64,000 nucleotides of DNA, from NCBI RefSeq assembly GCF_009914755.1, contig NC_060934.1. One strand, written 5' to 3'. How positions within the stretch are numbered: position 1 is the stretch's first letter; each line of letters opens with the position of its first letter. The translations under genes were made by a program, and so were the position numbers. This DNA is from the human T2T-CHM13v2.0 reference genome, Homo sapiens. The notes beneath the pieces were generated by a model. The model worked only from the letters and a program-made list of their open reading frames with translations. It did not search any database and was not told the DNA's origin. This document shows positions 1 through 15,025 of this stretch, one piece after another.

Positions 1-1620
1 AATTCCACATTTCCTTGTTCTCAGTCAAAAGCAGGAAACACTCAAAAACCATATGGAGCAGTTGCAGTAGAAAACAAATTTTTTTGTTAAGATGGGTCTT
101 ACGTCTTTTAGATACCTAACTTTAAGATAAATGGATAACATATTTAAAACTCACAAGTAAGTGGTCAAACAACTCAAACACTAGTGAAGCAATTCCATGA
201 ATATAATAGAAAACATCTCTCTTGTCATTCGGTAACTTAGCAGAGAAGAACATCAAATGTCCTTAATATATACTAAGAGATGCTAAAAGAAATTCATAAA
301 CACTGCTGGCAAAGCAAGAAAAGGCAGAAGAACATGGTTTCTTAGATTAACAAAAATGCCTTGAGAGCACGTCTGTTAGCATTTTTTCGTAACAAGGCAA
401 CTTTCATCTCAGAATAGGATACTTTGATTAATCAAATACTTCCCATCATAAAATCACAATATATACTATATACAGGTCATAAATTTTCAAAAACCTCATC
501 TATAAGACACTTTATCTAAAACTATATAGAAAGTAATTTAATTCAGAAGGCTTTTTAAAATACTTCAGTCTCAAGATCTTCATCAGATATAAAATACACA
601 TGTTTAACAACACTGAAAAGTTGGTCCTGATGGAATTCTAGTTTATCAATTCTAAAAGGCATGTTTTTTCACGTTACATTTCCGAAACTGGAACACATCT
701 TTTATAATGGAGGTATCTTACCATAGGTCTAGACTAGAGGTGAATTTTCCCAGAGAAGATGTGCATCTGCTTCTGCTGTCGTCTGGGAACACTATCAGCC
801 TGATACCATCTGAATTAATCCTTTGTGGCAGGCCTTTGTGGACCACACTGGTGGTAAGGCTGCACACTCAAAGCTTAGGGCTTGTGGTTCAAATTCTCAG
901 AGAAATGTTTTTTTCCTTTCTCTATTTAGTGTCAAGGTTGAGACTTGCACGTTTCTTTATGGTCCCTTTCCTGGAAGGTCAAGTTAATTTCTCATTTATC
1001 CTTAGGTGTACCAGCCTTGTGGGTCATGTCTCCTACTAAACTCCCTGTCCTGAGTGTTTTTTCCTTCTTAGAGGTATATAATATAAGAGCATTTTTAAAA
1101 AGTCATCTATGACATCTCAGATTCGATGAAATACGGTACCTTAAATAAGCTTCTGAAGTCTATTGAGTAGGCTCCAGAACTTCTACACAACCACTCATTA
1201 TACTGCAACCTCTTTTATTCTCTTTAGTATTTCCTCTTCAAACCATTAGCTTTACACACTGAAGACCAAGAGCAATGTTGTACTGTATTTCTACAAAGAA
1301 CTTAATTAACATGTACAGTGAAAAAGTCAGAAAATAAAATGTCTAGTTATAATTTATTTCTTCAAATTCCCAATACTTATAATGGCATATACATTTCCAG
1401 CTGAAAAAACAAACTTTAAGCTTTTTCCTCAAAGTATCTGAAATCCTAAAATTTAGAAAGCCAAGTTAGTTTTTAGAGAAGACATACATGATTTGACTCC
1501 CAGGACAAAAAAGTAAACTCTGTACTACTTCGTTATAATAATTCTACTTAAAATGGCAACTCAAAGTACTGTAAAAACAAAACAAAAAAAACCAATAGTA
1601 ATAATTCTAATTAGACCTAG

Positions 1621-1936
<316 letters not shown>

Positions 1937-3102
1937 TTACGTAGTCATCTTTTTAACAAGTCATTACAAATTCTAATTTGATTTTGTGTCTCATAGGTCC
2001 AAATGATTCTGCATTGTAATATTTCATTCAGTACAGGGCACAAAACTGAAATTCGATAAGCTATGAGATAATTCCATATCAGAGAAGCATGTAATTTTCC
2101 CTTAAATATCAAAATCCTGATAATTGATTTCATTCTAAAAATTTAACAATGTCCAATAGCAATACATTCAAGGGGGAAGATGCCAAGTACACTGTAATGC
2201 AAGAGTAAAAGAAGGATATGAGAAAAATGACCTTAAAATGATTCAAAGACATATTTTAAGACAATCCTATGACCCAGAACTGAAAAAAAGCCATTTCACT
2301 TGACCAGGTTGACCTTACCTACTTAGCACAAAGAAACTTTTGAGGTGTTCTGGTTTACATCCACTTGTAGGAAAGGCTACCCATTGATAATAGCTTACAT
2401 TTATTAAGCATGTATCTTCTTGTTTAATATCTATAACTACCCTGTAAGGTAATGGCCGTTATTATATTATTTCATAGGTGATAAAACTGAAGCTTAGAGG
2501 TGTCAAGAAACTTGACCATGGTCATTCAGCTTCTGAGATAAGAGTGGCAATACCAATCTATTATCAGCTGGTCATTACCAGTATTTGTTGGACATTTACT
2601 ATTACTGTCTTAGCTGCTATCAGTTTTTGGGGAAGCAAGAATGTTAAGGTTCAATAGAGGAAGATGGAGATATAAAACTCAGTACAAAACAGTTTTATAA
2701 GAACTCCACAAAGGGCTTAGGGGGGCACAAAAGAGAGGAATGGGTAGAAAAGCAATGCGTTAGTTGACTTATGCAAATAAACTAGTGAATACTTCTTTAA
2801 ATAAAGAGCATCCAAAATTTATTTCCTGGTCAATATACTTTCTCTGGTTTTTATTCATGAAAATCTTTTGATGTATATTACAGATTTCAGAGAATATGGG
2901 TCCGATTTCAGAGTATGTAAACCCCGCCCCCCTACATTTAGCACACGTTTATGCTTATACACAACATAAGCATAAAACTAGGTTATATTGTCGCATCATT
3001 ACTAGTGTTTCAATGTGGTTGGGACAGGAAGGTTTATGTTAAACACAAAATGTTCCTCACATGTCACTTGACTTGAACTGTTCCCATCAGCAAGAAAAAT
3101 TA

Positions 3103-3267
<165 letters not shown>

Positions 3268-3726
3268 CTACATCCATATTGCTACCAAGTAATACAAAGA
3301 AATAATTCTTCCAGAAGACAATTCTGTAATGATAAGAACTGGAAAATTGGTTTAGATTCAAATGGCATCTGGAAAGAACTGAAACCAACTAGAACCAGAC
3401 TTCTTCAAAGCTGCTCAAATCAGACATCATTTACTACCAACCACATTTCTCCAACCTATCTTCCACCACAGAGAAGGCACCATCCAGCCCTCCCAGTCAA
3501 CTGGGGTCAGTCAGTCAGTGCACAGCTACTTTCTCAATGGCTAAAAACATTTATAATTCATAATGTTACTACGTAGTTTGATAAGTAACAAAAACGGTAT
3601 CAAAAAAAATCCTTATCTGAGTGTTTGTGAGGAAATGAGAGTGGAGGGGAATGGGGGCAGGGACACAGGCAGGTATAACAAGATATCAGGGCTCAACAAT
3701 CCTTGTTAATTAAACAACTAGATTCT

Positions 3727-4098
3727 TTTATGGACTGAATGTTTGTGACCTCTCAAAATTTATATGTTGAATCCTTAATCCCTAATATAGCTAAATTTGG
3801 AGATAGGGCCTGTGAGCAGGTAGTAACAGTTAAATGAGGTCATAGGGGTGGGACTCTAATCTGATAGAACTGGTGTCATTTTAAAAAGCAAGGTGAGACT
3901 ACAGTACTCTCCCTCTGCCATGTGAGGACAAGATGCCAGCCAACCTATAAGCCAGGAAGAAAGCCCTCATCAGGAACCAAAGCAGCAGCACCCTGATCTG
4001 CAGCTTCTAGCCTCCAGAACCATGAGAAAATAAATTTCTGTTGTTTAAGCCACCCAGTTCTATGGTATTTTATTATGGCAGCCCAAGCTGACTAATAG
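3727..4098 (+). mobile_element. MaLR solo LTR (MLT1A/B-like)
   Basis: Typical tatggactgaatgtttgtg start and ataaatttctgttgtttaagccacccag...gactaata end. Confidence 0.8.
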
Positions 4099-7000
4099 AG
4101 ATCCTTTGCATGGTAACCACAACAGTGCCTACCCTGTGTCATCTAGTTTTCAGCAACCCGGACTTGGATTACTTAATTCCGTTTTCTTTGAAATGATGTG
4201 GCATTGTTATTGGTAACATACAATTCAGTTTATTCTGAGGAAAGAAAAGCAGGGCTTTAAAAGCATTATGACCTGAGTAAGTAGCTCACTAAAAGATTTC
4301 TAACACAAAAGCATGCTTTTGAGCATAAGATCTAGCTTTCCAAAGGCATTTAAAAATTATAGAGACTCAGTGGCTATGAATGATGAGGTACTCTTCATCT
4401 GCCTCTAGTCATGTGCTCTGACTTTAAAACCAGAGACCCTTCAAGTAAAGTCCATGTTAATAAGTGCTGAAATGGGTAATTATTTTTCATGATTACAACA
4501 GCAAGCTTATGTAACTACGCTGAGAGGGAAAAGTTAATTCCATGAGAAAATCCTATTGAGCGACTGAAATAAATTAGGAAAAGGAAAGGAAATGCACATT
4601 TCAAATGGTTCCGTTTTCAATGATCTGAAATCTGTATTCAGGGTCAATTTCTGGAAAAACAATTTATATGAATATTTATTTCCTAAAAAGAATACTAATG
4701 TATGCTAGTATTTTAACCAAATCTAAAATCAGATCTCTTTTTAAAAATAGTTTAAGACAGCCTGTGTGATAATTTTTATTTAAAGAACCTATCTTTCTAA
4801 AATATTTAATACACATACTCTTATAATCCAGTTGCCAGCTGAAAGAAAGGCTCTTTGAGGGTGCAGGTTTCAGCATGGCTTCTTCTAGAATAGAGTTTAT
4901 TTAAGTCAAAATGAAGAAGCCACATGGCAGTTTAATTAAACATCCTATATCAATAAATATGATTTACTAAATGAATACCTAAGGCTCCACTGCAAAATCT
5001 CTTTCTAGGCTCACTATGCACTAGAGGAAAGCAATATGAATACAAAAGTAGCCACCACCTTTTCCTAGAGATGAATTGATGTACTATACAATTCAATTAA
5101 AGGATAAAAGTTCTTCTTCAATAGAACTATTGCATAGTGAGGAGAAAATGGCTGTTGCTCTTAAGAAATAATTCTCTAAAACATAGGAAAAGTGTCCCTA
5201 GCTTCCATATGCGGTCATCTGTATAAAATCACATAAAAGGTCACATACTTCACAACCATGATGACAAATTATTAACTTTAGGAGCCTCGTGAGACTGCAG
5301 ATTTATTATCCTGGCGAGACAGACTTTCCTGGAAGATTTTATGGCTGTTATTATCACCCACTACAAATGAACACCACTGTTTATTTTGTAGGTACAAATC
5401 TTAAAGGTACAAATCAAGCAGAATCTCAATGTACTCTGTTTATTCACTGCTCCAATCCTAACTTCAAATCACTGTGTAACCAAATACACTTTCCCATCTT
5501 CCTGATAGAGCAGGGGGAAGTGGGGGAAGTGTCGTGGTGGGTGTCGGGGGTAAGAAGTGGAGATAAAGTCAGAGGAGATGAAGCAGGTTTAAAATCCTTG
5601 TGACAATTCTCAGACTTGGCTGTTGTGAAATTTTAAAGTTGTATGCACAGCCACTCAAATAAAATGAATTATCCTGATATGGAAGCAAGTAAAAATAACA
5701 TAAATAGACAGGCAAACAGCATGAATGAAAGTCATCCCAGGAGTGATATACAATCTGAGGGACAGCTTTTGGGAATGAGGAGGAAAACAAAAGGACTGAG
5801 GCTGGAGCCCAAGAAACGGGTGAAGGGGGAGAAGAAAGATGGGGCAGGGAAGATAGAGAGAAGAGAAAGGCTGATAGAAATGGGGTTAGAGAAAGAGAGC
5901 ATGAGAGACAGACACACAGAGAGAAAGACATACACAAACAGGCTCAGAGAAAGTGAGGCCTTCTCATAATCATTAAGCATCATTCCCCCGCCCCCACTTT
6001 TTTTGTAAACTTCCCAACACCTTTCTTTTTTAATTTAGATTTTTCAAGTCCTGGGTATGTATATTTGAAGGCATATTTTAAGTCAGCAGTGTGCACACAA
6101 ACCAGGCCACAATAACTCCTCTACATGTAGGGAGGACATTTGGGCATTTAATTGAAAGATAATTACAGATTATTAAAGAAATCAAACACAAAAAGCCAGT
6201 CAGGAAATCTTACTTTGTTCTAAACAAAACTGTTGGTATTTTCAAAGACAGACATCAGTCAAAGGTCAGACACTTATTAGCTGGTGTTTTTCTTTGCATA
6301 CTTATAAGGAGAAACAGAGTTGAATAAAATCTTTCCCTGAATGGAATACTGATAACATTACTGGAATTTTATTCTAGGTATATCCATCCCCACCCCCACC
6401 ATGACCCACTATGCCATTTCAAGTTAAGTAATAATCCCATTAGTATACAGTAAATCAAACCCAAAGCACTACAACCTCCATTTTAAAATACGAGCAAGTG
6501 ATAGTCCGGAACCCAGCCAGAAAGTCATTCCTGGCTCTTCTGTGAGGCACTCTGCCATATGGCCCCAGCAGCATTTTCAATACAGGGAAGAGGCAGATGT
6601 AAAAACCTCCTGGGCTGACCACTGCTGAGACCCACAATTTATCTCTGACCATCTAGTTTCCATGCAAACTCAGAAGCATCGATGCTAATCACATTGGAAG
6701 CCTTTATATGAATGTTTAGGACCTGAAAGGCAAGCAGGGAAAAAGGTCAGGGGTATTTACCATAACTAAGCAGGGCTTAAAGAACACAGCAATAAATAAA
6801 AAAGGGAAGACATATTCAATTTATTGACTTCAGCCTCCCACCACATACTCTTACCATTTTTCTTATTCAACTAGCTAGCCATACCTCTCTTTTGAGATTA
6901 AATACACTCTCACACACACAACTCCCCACTGCTAGAAACTATAATCATAAGTAGAAACTATGCATAAAAGGAAATAACACAATAAAATGCTACATAATCA

Positions 7001-8222
7001 GCTTAACAAATGGCTCATCAGATTACGTACTGGATCTTTCAGAAGCCACATAAAAGTGGGGGGACTTTCAGTTGTTTGGCATTTCCGGAGCACTCAGAGC
7101 ATTTTGCTCATGACAGGCTTTGAGATACAATAAAAGAAAACTGAGTTTGAGTAGAAGACAGTGATCAAGTTCCAGTTGTGCTAACAATTCATTTATTCTC
7201 CCTGAACCTTATCAGTAGAGAGGCTTCCCTACCTAGAAAATTCCATAGACAGAATCAAAGCAAGCCATCAAAAGACAGTATCAATGGTGATGTACAGTTG
7301 TTGTTCCTATTATTTGCTAGCTTAGGCTCATTAAAACACACACCATCTCACAGTGAAAGGCAAGTGCAGACATCCTGGCTGCTTAGGATTCTCTACAACA
7401 TTGTGGAGACTAACACTAGGTTACCTGCCTTAATTCATTTTTCATGTTCTGCTATCCAAAAGAACATCCATCACCTAGGAAGACAAGAATATGCCTGATT
7501 TCAAATCTTCAACGGAACTACTTAAACTCTTATTTGGTGAGAATGCTATTTGCTGCAAGCTTAAATCCGTCACGGTCACTCTGGACTTACAAATGGCTTT
7601 AATTCATTTAATAGATCAATAATTATTTCTAAAAATAGTTCTAATTTTTGACTAGTCATGAGGTAAGAATTATTAATTCAGTTCATTCAAAGGGAGACTG
7701 TGTAGCAGAATGGTTAAGGGACACAGCTTCTCAAAGGAGACTACATCCTGCGTTTGAATCTCAAGTCTACTAGTTACTGTGTTAACTTGGTGAAGTAACC
7801 TCCCCTCTCTAAACTTCCACCTCATTTTAAAAATGAGTGTAACAACAATTCCTAATCAATATTCTAATTCATATGGTTAATGTGACAAGTAAATGAATTT
7901 CAGATAATGCTGAGTAAGCTAAGGTACTTGCGCTAAAATAAGGCATTACATAATGCCCAGGCAAAAAAAATCAACATTCATTTACATAAAGCAGTTGCAT
8001 GGTTCTAATTAATATTCCCTTCATTTAAAAAAATGGCCCAGCCTTGATTCCCATCAAGCCCAACATGCTGACTTTCAGCGCTAACCAGCTCAGTCTTCAG
8101 GATAAATGACCATGTACAATGAAAAAGATAAACCTGCCATCGCCAAGAAGCCCCAGACTTCCCCACTCAGAAGGTTGGCTGAAAAACAAAGGTCTTTTAA
8201 AATTAAAATATATAATAAAATT

Positions 8223-8580
<358 letters not shown>

Positions 8581-9254
8581 TCACCAAAGCCAAGCCTTCC
8601 CAAGACATCTTGACCTCTGCCTGTCAGCCATCCAGCAGCGATGGGTCTTTGCTCCCTACAGAACTCTGTGGATTCTATTTCTTCCATAAGAAATAAAATG
8701 CTATATGCTGAATAAGTAAAATAGGGTGAAGTAGACACAATGACAATGTGTCTATGGAGGAGTAATTGGAAAGAAGCTATCCACACTAGCTTTTTTGGAA
8801 AAGCCTCAAAAAATCTGTGAAATTCCACCCTCAAAATCAAATTACAAAAATTGTCCACTCTTATTAACTTTGTGTTCAGCTTGATTTCTGACAACTGACT
8901 TGTTCTTCCCTGAACTATTTTTTCTTCTGCACGTAAAAGTAATATATGGGCTGGGCGCAGTGGCTCACGCCTGTGAAACAGGTTTTTTATATAACTGCAA
9001 TTGCAGATTCCAATGCTCTGTGTTTTCTCTCAATTCTACCCCAATTACTAACGAAATCAGAAGTAAAAGCTATGTTTGATTATATGTGGCTTAAAAATAA
9101 AACATCTCGTAATTCCTAAGACTAAGACATAATATGAAAAGTAAAAGACAAGAGACTGAGAACAAAGGGTCTAAATTATAGTCTTAGCACTCTGCCACTA
9201 ACCAGCTCCATTACTCAAAACAAGTCACTTAATTCTCAAATATTTCATCTGTAA

Positions 9255-9975
9255 AATTTCTTTTCATTCATTCAAGAAGCATTTATTGAAGGCCTACAAT
9301 GCATGAGACTTTGTGAAAATAACAAAGACAGTTAAGATCCCTGTCCCACTGAAATGATTAAATAAGCAATTATGAAGTAGTCTAGGTAGTACAGTAGGAA
9401 AAGTAGGGGACAGTAAAGGCACACATCTGGCTGTACAAACCTAAGGAGTACCTTGGATGCCTCTCTCTGCCCATCTACCAATCCTGTCCATCACCATCAC
9501 TCTGGCTACCCCTTCAAATGTCTCCACACCTCTGTCCCCTCCCCTACACTATCCCAGCTAACATCCTCTTTCCCGGTGCATTGCAGTAGCCTCTCCAATT
9601 GGGTAAACTCATGTACTCTGGCCCCTCTCTGCTTGATTCCCACATTACAGCCAAAATAAACTTTTGAAAATGTAAATCTGAACACATGTGCTAGTCTCCC
9701 TCTACCCACATATCTAATCCTCCAATGACTTCCTGTTGTTTTCAGATGGCCTAGTGAGGCACAGCATGGTCCAGCCTCCAGCTACTTCTGTAGCCTCTAC
9801 CATCTCCATGCTCCTTCTCACTCTCTGTGCTGCAACCACACTGTCTTCTCTCAGTCTCTGGACATGTCAGGTCCTTCTTGCAACAGTGACTTTACACATA
9901 CTTTTCCCCTGCCTAGAATACAACCACCTCTCCTTCTCCTTGGCAAAACTCTTATTCACCCTTTTGTACTTAATT
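9255..9975. mobile_element. L2 fragments
   Basis: tcattcattcaa...tttattga terminus plus degenerate pyrimidine-rich L2 body. Confidence 0.55.
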
Positions 9976-9983
9976 CAAAAGTT

Positions 9984-10112
9984 GCGCTGGGCATGGTGAC
10001 ATGTACCTGTAGTCCTAGTTACTTTAGAGACTGAGGTGGGAGGATCTCTTGAGCCCAGGAATTTGAGACCAGCCTGGGCAACATAATGAGACCCAGTCTC
10101 AAAACAACAACA
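9984..10112 (+). mobile_element. Alu monomer (FLAM-like)
   Basis: Single ~130-bp monomer with A-rich tail. Confidence 0.8.
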
Positions 10113-11059
10113 GCAAGAAAAGTTATTTCCTTGAGGAAAGTTTCCTTTATTAAATTATATCTTTCTTTAATAAAACGTCATGGTGCTGTGCACCTCTCCA
10201 GAGGTACACACAGGCTAGCATAGGAACCTAGAGTAGCAAACCTATCCTAGCAGAATCTGAGACACCAGAAAAACTGATACGTGAACTGAGTACTGGAGGA
10301 GGAATAAAAGCCATGTGGAAAAGAGAAGGGCATCTGTGACGTGAGGTTTGAAAATGAGACAATACTACATAACAGTAAGAACTCAGAAACTGGCTTCTCC
10401 TTTCTCTGTAACCTTATGGCACTTAATACACTGTGGGGAATATTGCAGTTGCTCATTGTACATTTGAACTAAACATTGACTAAATACCAGTATCTAAAAA
10501 CAAACTTACCTACTGTACAAACTTGAAAAATAGATTAAAAATATGCCCCTTGCAACTAATATTTATGTAACCAAGGAGCATATTATATATAAAAAAAAAA
10601 AACTATCCTGTTTGCTAACACTAGGATTTTAAAGAAATTTTCTTAGATAACATTATTTTTCATTCTTTGCTGCCCCTTTCTTAGTGTTGATAGTAGAGGG
10701 TAACCATATATAATAACAAATTATCATCAATATTTTAATGTTTGAAGGTCATAAAAATATAACCCAAGAATTATGACAGTCTAAGAGCAGCTTATATTCA
10801 AGTCATCTGCTATACTTTCATCTGCTAAACACACAATAAATGCACTGAAATGTCTAGTTTTTAAGTTTAATTAAAATTTACATTAGGAACTAACCAGCTG
10901 AATTCTAGAATTCTTCTCATCTTAAGAGAGTAAAACATTCTCCAATTTTAAAAGGCTAAAAAATATGGTCTTCGGGGCTGACACTCTGATATTGGAGAGA
11001 ATTGTGAATTCATTTCTCTGCTGCCATGTGGAGTTATAAGAAATGCTGCCCACATAAAG

Positions 11060-11985
11060 TAAGTTGCATTAGAAACAATGACACTCTAGCAGCAATGAGC
11101 ACACCTATCACCTAGATGTTGGTCTCTAAATACCGTTGTACAATAAAAGAGACCAGGAATCCTTGAGAAAATGGTTCATTCCAGGATTGAGGCATGGAAA
11201 ATGTAAGATGAATCTGGAACAATGTATGATTCCAGAATGAAAGTTAATGCTCAAAAAAAGGATAGGGCTTATCAAAAGAACATAGGAGTCAACCTAAAGG
11301 AGCCCTAATGGCCAAAGCTAGAATAATTAAAGCAGTAAAATAAATAATACTGTTTAATTTAAACTGACACAACAAAATAAATATCCATGAGTCCATTCTG
11401 ATATTTTAAAAACGGGGGAAAAGGGATAGCTCTTCCTTACAATGGAATTTCAATTAGCAAATGTAGAAGAGGGAAGCAGAAAATTCACAACAGGCAAACA
11501 CTATGGTAATAATCATTGCAGACAAGATGCACCAATGGATGCCAAAATTAGTAGGGATAAATGTGAGGCAAAACAACATTTGCATAGTGTTTTATCTTTT
11601 GGAAAATATTTATTAATCACAAAAGGAAATATGGTAACTTTACAGTGGAAAAAGTCAGCAGACACTACCTTCGCCAACTGATCACCAGTAATAAGAAGTA
11701 TCATGATCCCCCTGATACGGTGCACTGAGAAGGACACAGGATCATTTCTGTGGTATTCTCCCAAAAATGCATGACCTCATTCCAATCCTGAAAAAACATC
11801 AGCCAAACCCAGACTGAGAATATTCTCCAAAATAACTGTGATGAGTACTCTTCAAAACTGTCAAGATCACGAAAGAAAAGAAAAAACAAGGAACATGTTG
11901 GAGGAGACTAGGTAATTAAATGTAACTGGGATGCTGGGTAGGATCCTGGAACAGAAAAAGGATACTAGAAAAACTGGTAGAATCA
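11060..11985 (+). mobile_element. Old L1 (L1MC-like) 3' UTR fragment
   Basis: Resembles remembered L1MC 3' end motifs (gcagcaatgagcacacc..., gatgcactgagaaggacac..., ggatcctggaacagaaaaagg). Confidence 0.65.
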
Positions 11986-12289
11986 GACTGGGTGCAGTGG
12001 CTCACACCTGTAATCCCAGCACTTTGGGAGATAGAAGCAGGCAGATCACCTGGGGTCAGGAGTTCGACACCAGCCTGGCCAACATGGTGAAACCCCGTCT
12101 CTACTAAAAATACAAAAATTAGCCAGGCGTGGTGGCATGCACCTGTAAGCCCAGCTACTCAGGAGGCTGAGAAAGGAGAATCGCTTGAACCCGGGAGGTG
12201 GAGGTTTCAGTTGGCCAAGATTGCACCACTGCACTCCAGCCTGGGCAACAGAGTGAAGCTCCGTCTTAAAATTAAAAAAAAAAAAAAAA
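11986..12289 (+). mobile_element. Alu (AluS-like)
   Basis: Full dimer with poly(A). Confidence 0.95.
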
Positions 12290-13267
12290 GTGGTGTTACT
12301 GATCATTCTACTTTGGAGACAAAAGCAGTATGGCAAACAAAAGTGGGTTTTGTTTGTGTATCCGCTCTATGACTTTATCTCCTACTGTGCATACTGCCCC
12401 ACCCTCAGAGGCAGGCTCTGGGTGACCAGAGGCAGTGAAGGGCATTACACACAGCCTGCTGGGAAAGGGGCACAGATTATAGCAATTTTCTCAAGTCTCA
12501 CACTGAAATCAGGGAAGAAAACTCATATATTCTATTCATGGGTCCTATAAAGATAATTCTCAAGTGAAGAAAGAAACAGAGGTGGGGATATGGGAGTAGT
12601 GAGTAGGAGGGAAGAAAAAACATTAGTTTGCCAAGAAGATTCTTTAAAATATTTTTGTTTGTGTAGAAGATAGAGAAAGCAGTCACCTGGGAAAATGGCT
12701 GGAATCTAGAACTTTATCAATACCTTCACACTGTATTAATTTAGTCGAGCAGTTTGAACATTCTTTTGTTTTTCTTTTAAAAATATTACACTGATAAATT
12801 AACCATGTCTATAAAGGGTCAAAATCACCTTTCACTTTTCATCAAAACAATTACATTTTTCAAGTCTCATAAGACAGCTCATGACTTTAGACTCTCATTT
12901 TATAAGACCTTTGTAGAAAGGAGGACTTTTCCTCTACCTTTCACAGTATTTCAGCATTAAGGAATATAAGCACAACAAAAGTTCTCGTGAATAATCAAAC
13001 TGAAGAGGCATGTGGAGTCCAGAGAACTGGGGAATCATCTGAGAGGACAGAAAGAACATGGGCCCTGGAGTAAGACAGGCCTGAAATAAAATCTCAGTTC
13101 TGTGACTTACTAGCTCCTGGATCCTAATCAAGTTCTTTTAACCTCAATGAACTTTAATCACCTTGCCTGCAAAATGGTGAAAATGTCACTTAAGTACTGT
13201 AAAAATTAAATAAGACAACTGCATATAAAATGCTTGGCCTATGGAATTCATTCAAAAAATATTATTA

Positions 13268-13522
<255 letters not shown>

Positions 13523-14235
13523 TTAGTTTAGCAATTTCAAAAGCAGAGGCACCAAATTGCATTTGCTAAATTAAGGCAGAAATAATTTCAGGCCATTCTT
13601 GAATCCTTAAATCAGCAATATTGTAAAAGTCAAGGGCTGTTTATCAGGGATGATTCAGAAAATGCACTTATTTGACAAACTGCAGATTTCTAATCAATAA
13701 TAATGATAGTGAAGAGAATATAAAACATTACTTATTAGTGAAAAACAAGATTGCTTCAGCAAGTAAATAAAAACACATTGCCCATGTAATGAAAAATTAA
13801 AACAAAAGATGAAACAAAAATATATAACATTGTTTAAGCTAAATTTTGTTCTTATTTATATTAAAAATTATTGGCCAGAATAATCTTTCTTAGTCCTCAA
13901 TAAAATGATCTAAGATAATTCAACAAATAAGTCTTGACCCTCTTATTCCAAATTACACTTCATACTCACAATTTCTTTATAAGAATCAAATCTAACTTCA
14001 TTAAAGCTATTAATAGAACATGTAAAAACCACCATACGGACATGCATAAGTTGTAAAAAGATAAGACATTTCTTACATAACCAAACATTCCAAGTCAAGG
14101 AAGATGTAAGACATTTTTCCTTCAAATCTTTTATGTCTAAAATGTCTTCTAGTTATGCCACCAAATTCACTTACCTTTTATTGTCAGTATAATCCACACG
14201 ACCTGAGTATTGTGTTCAGTGGGTTTTATTCTGTT

Positions 14236-15025
14236 TGTAAACCAAAAATAAAGTTCCAAGACCCCCAACCAACTGAATGAACCCCTCCTCTCGACCAAGG
14301 GGATTCCAAAGTTAACCTGAAACACTAGTCCACACCATGATAGGAAGTGTGGGTCTGACACGCCTCATTATATGCTCCTCACTTTAGAATTCAGCACAAG
14401 TGACCAGCATTAACAAGAAAACAGAGACCTTAAAACTGATGAAACAAATCTTTTTATAATAATAAGACTCAATTCCAGCCTGACTCGAGTATAGCATCAC
14501 ATGACAGATAGCAGACCTTGAAAGAATTGAAGTATTTTACCCCAAAATATATTTCTTTGACATATTTTGAAATAGCCCTGCAAAGCTGTCTGTTGGGAAA
14601 ATGTACATTCTGTAAAGAATCCCTATTCCTTTCCAGGTGAGAATTAAGAAAGGGCGTGGTACCTTTTTAGATCTGATAAAAGCTCTGAAGCTACAAGGTT
14701 TCATCCACATCATAAAACCTTGGTCTCCACAAACCCTTATCTTAACCCAGATATTCCTTTCTGTTGATTCCAGGTCTTTGGATAATAACTGTTCCAACCA
14801 ATTGCCAATCAGAAAATCTTTGAATCTACCTAAGACCTGTAAGCCCCCTTTACATGTATTGATTGATGTCTTATGTCTCCCTAAAATGTATAAAGCCAAG
14901 CCTGACCATCTTGGGCACATGTTCTCAGATCTCCTGGGGCTGTGTTACAGGCCACTGGTTACTCCCATTTGGCTCAAAATAAATCTCTTCAAATATTTTA
15001 CAGAGTTTGACTCTTTTTGTCAACA
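14236..15025 (+). mobile_element. ERV1 solo LTR, MER4 family
   Basis: TGTAAACCAAAAATAAA start, ...aaatattttacagagtttgactctttttgtcaaCA end, 4-bp TSD tgtt/tatt; homologous to 58157-59295. Confidence 0.85.

Noticed and set aside
707-1039. 110-aa ORF on the + strand
   Set aside because: No recognisable protein similarity; the sequence resembles a degenerate old L1 5' region, and ORFs of this length arise by chance
5289-5983. Overlapping 83-122 aa ORFs on both strands
   Set aside because: Produced by purine-rich low-complexity sequence; no domain features
12300-12530. Strong-looking minus-strand acceptors in intron 9
   Set aside because: No convincing matching donor or poly(A) signal; likely a pseudo-acceptor
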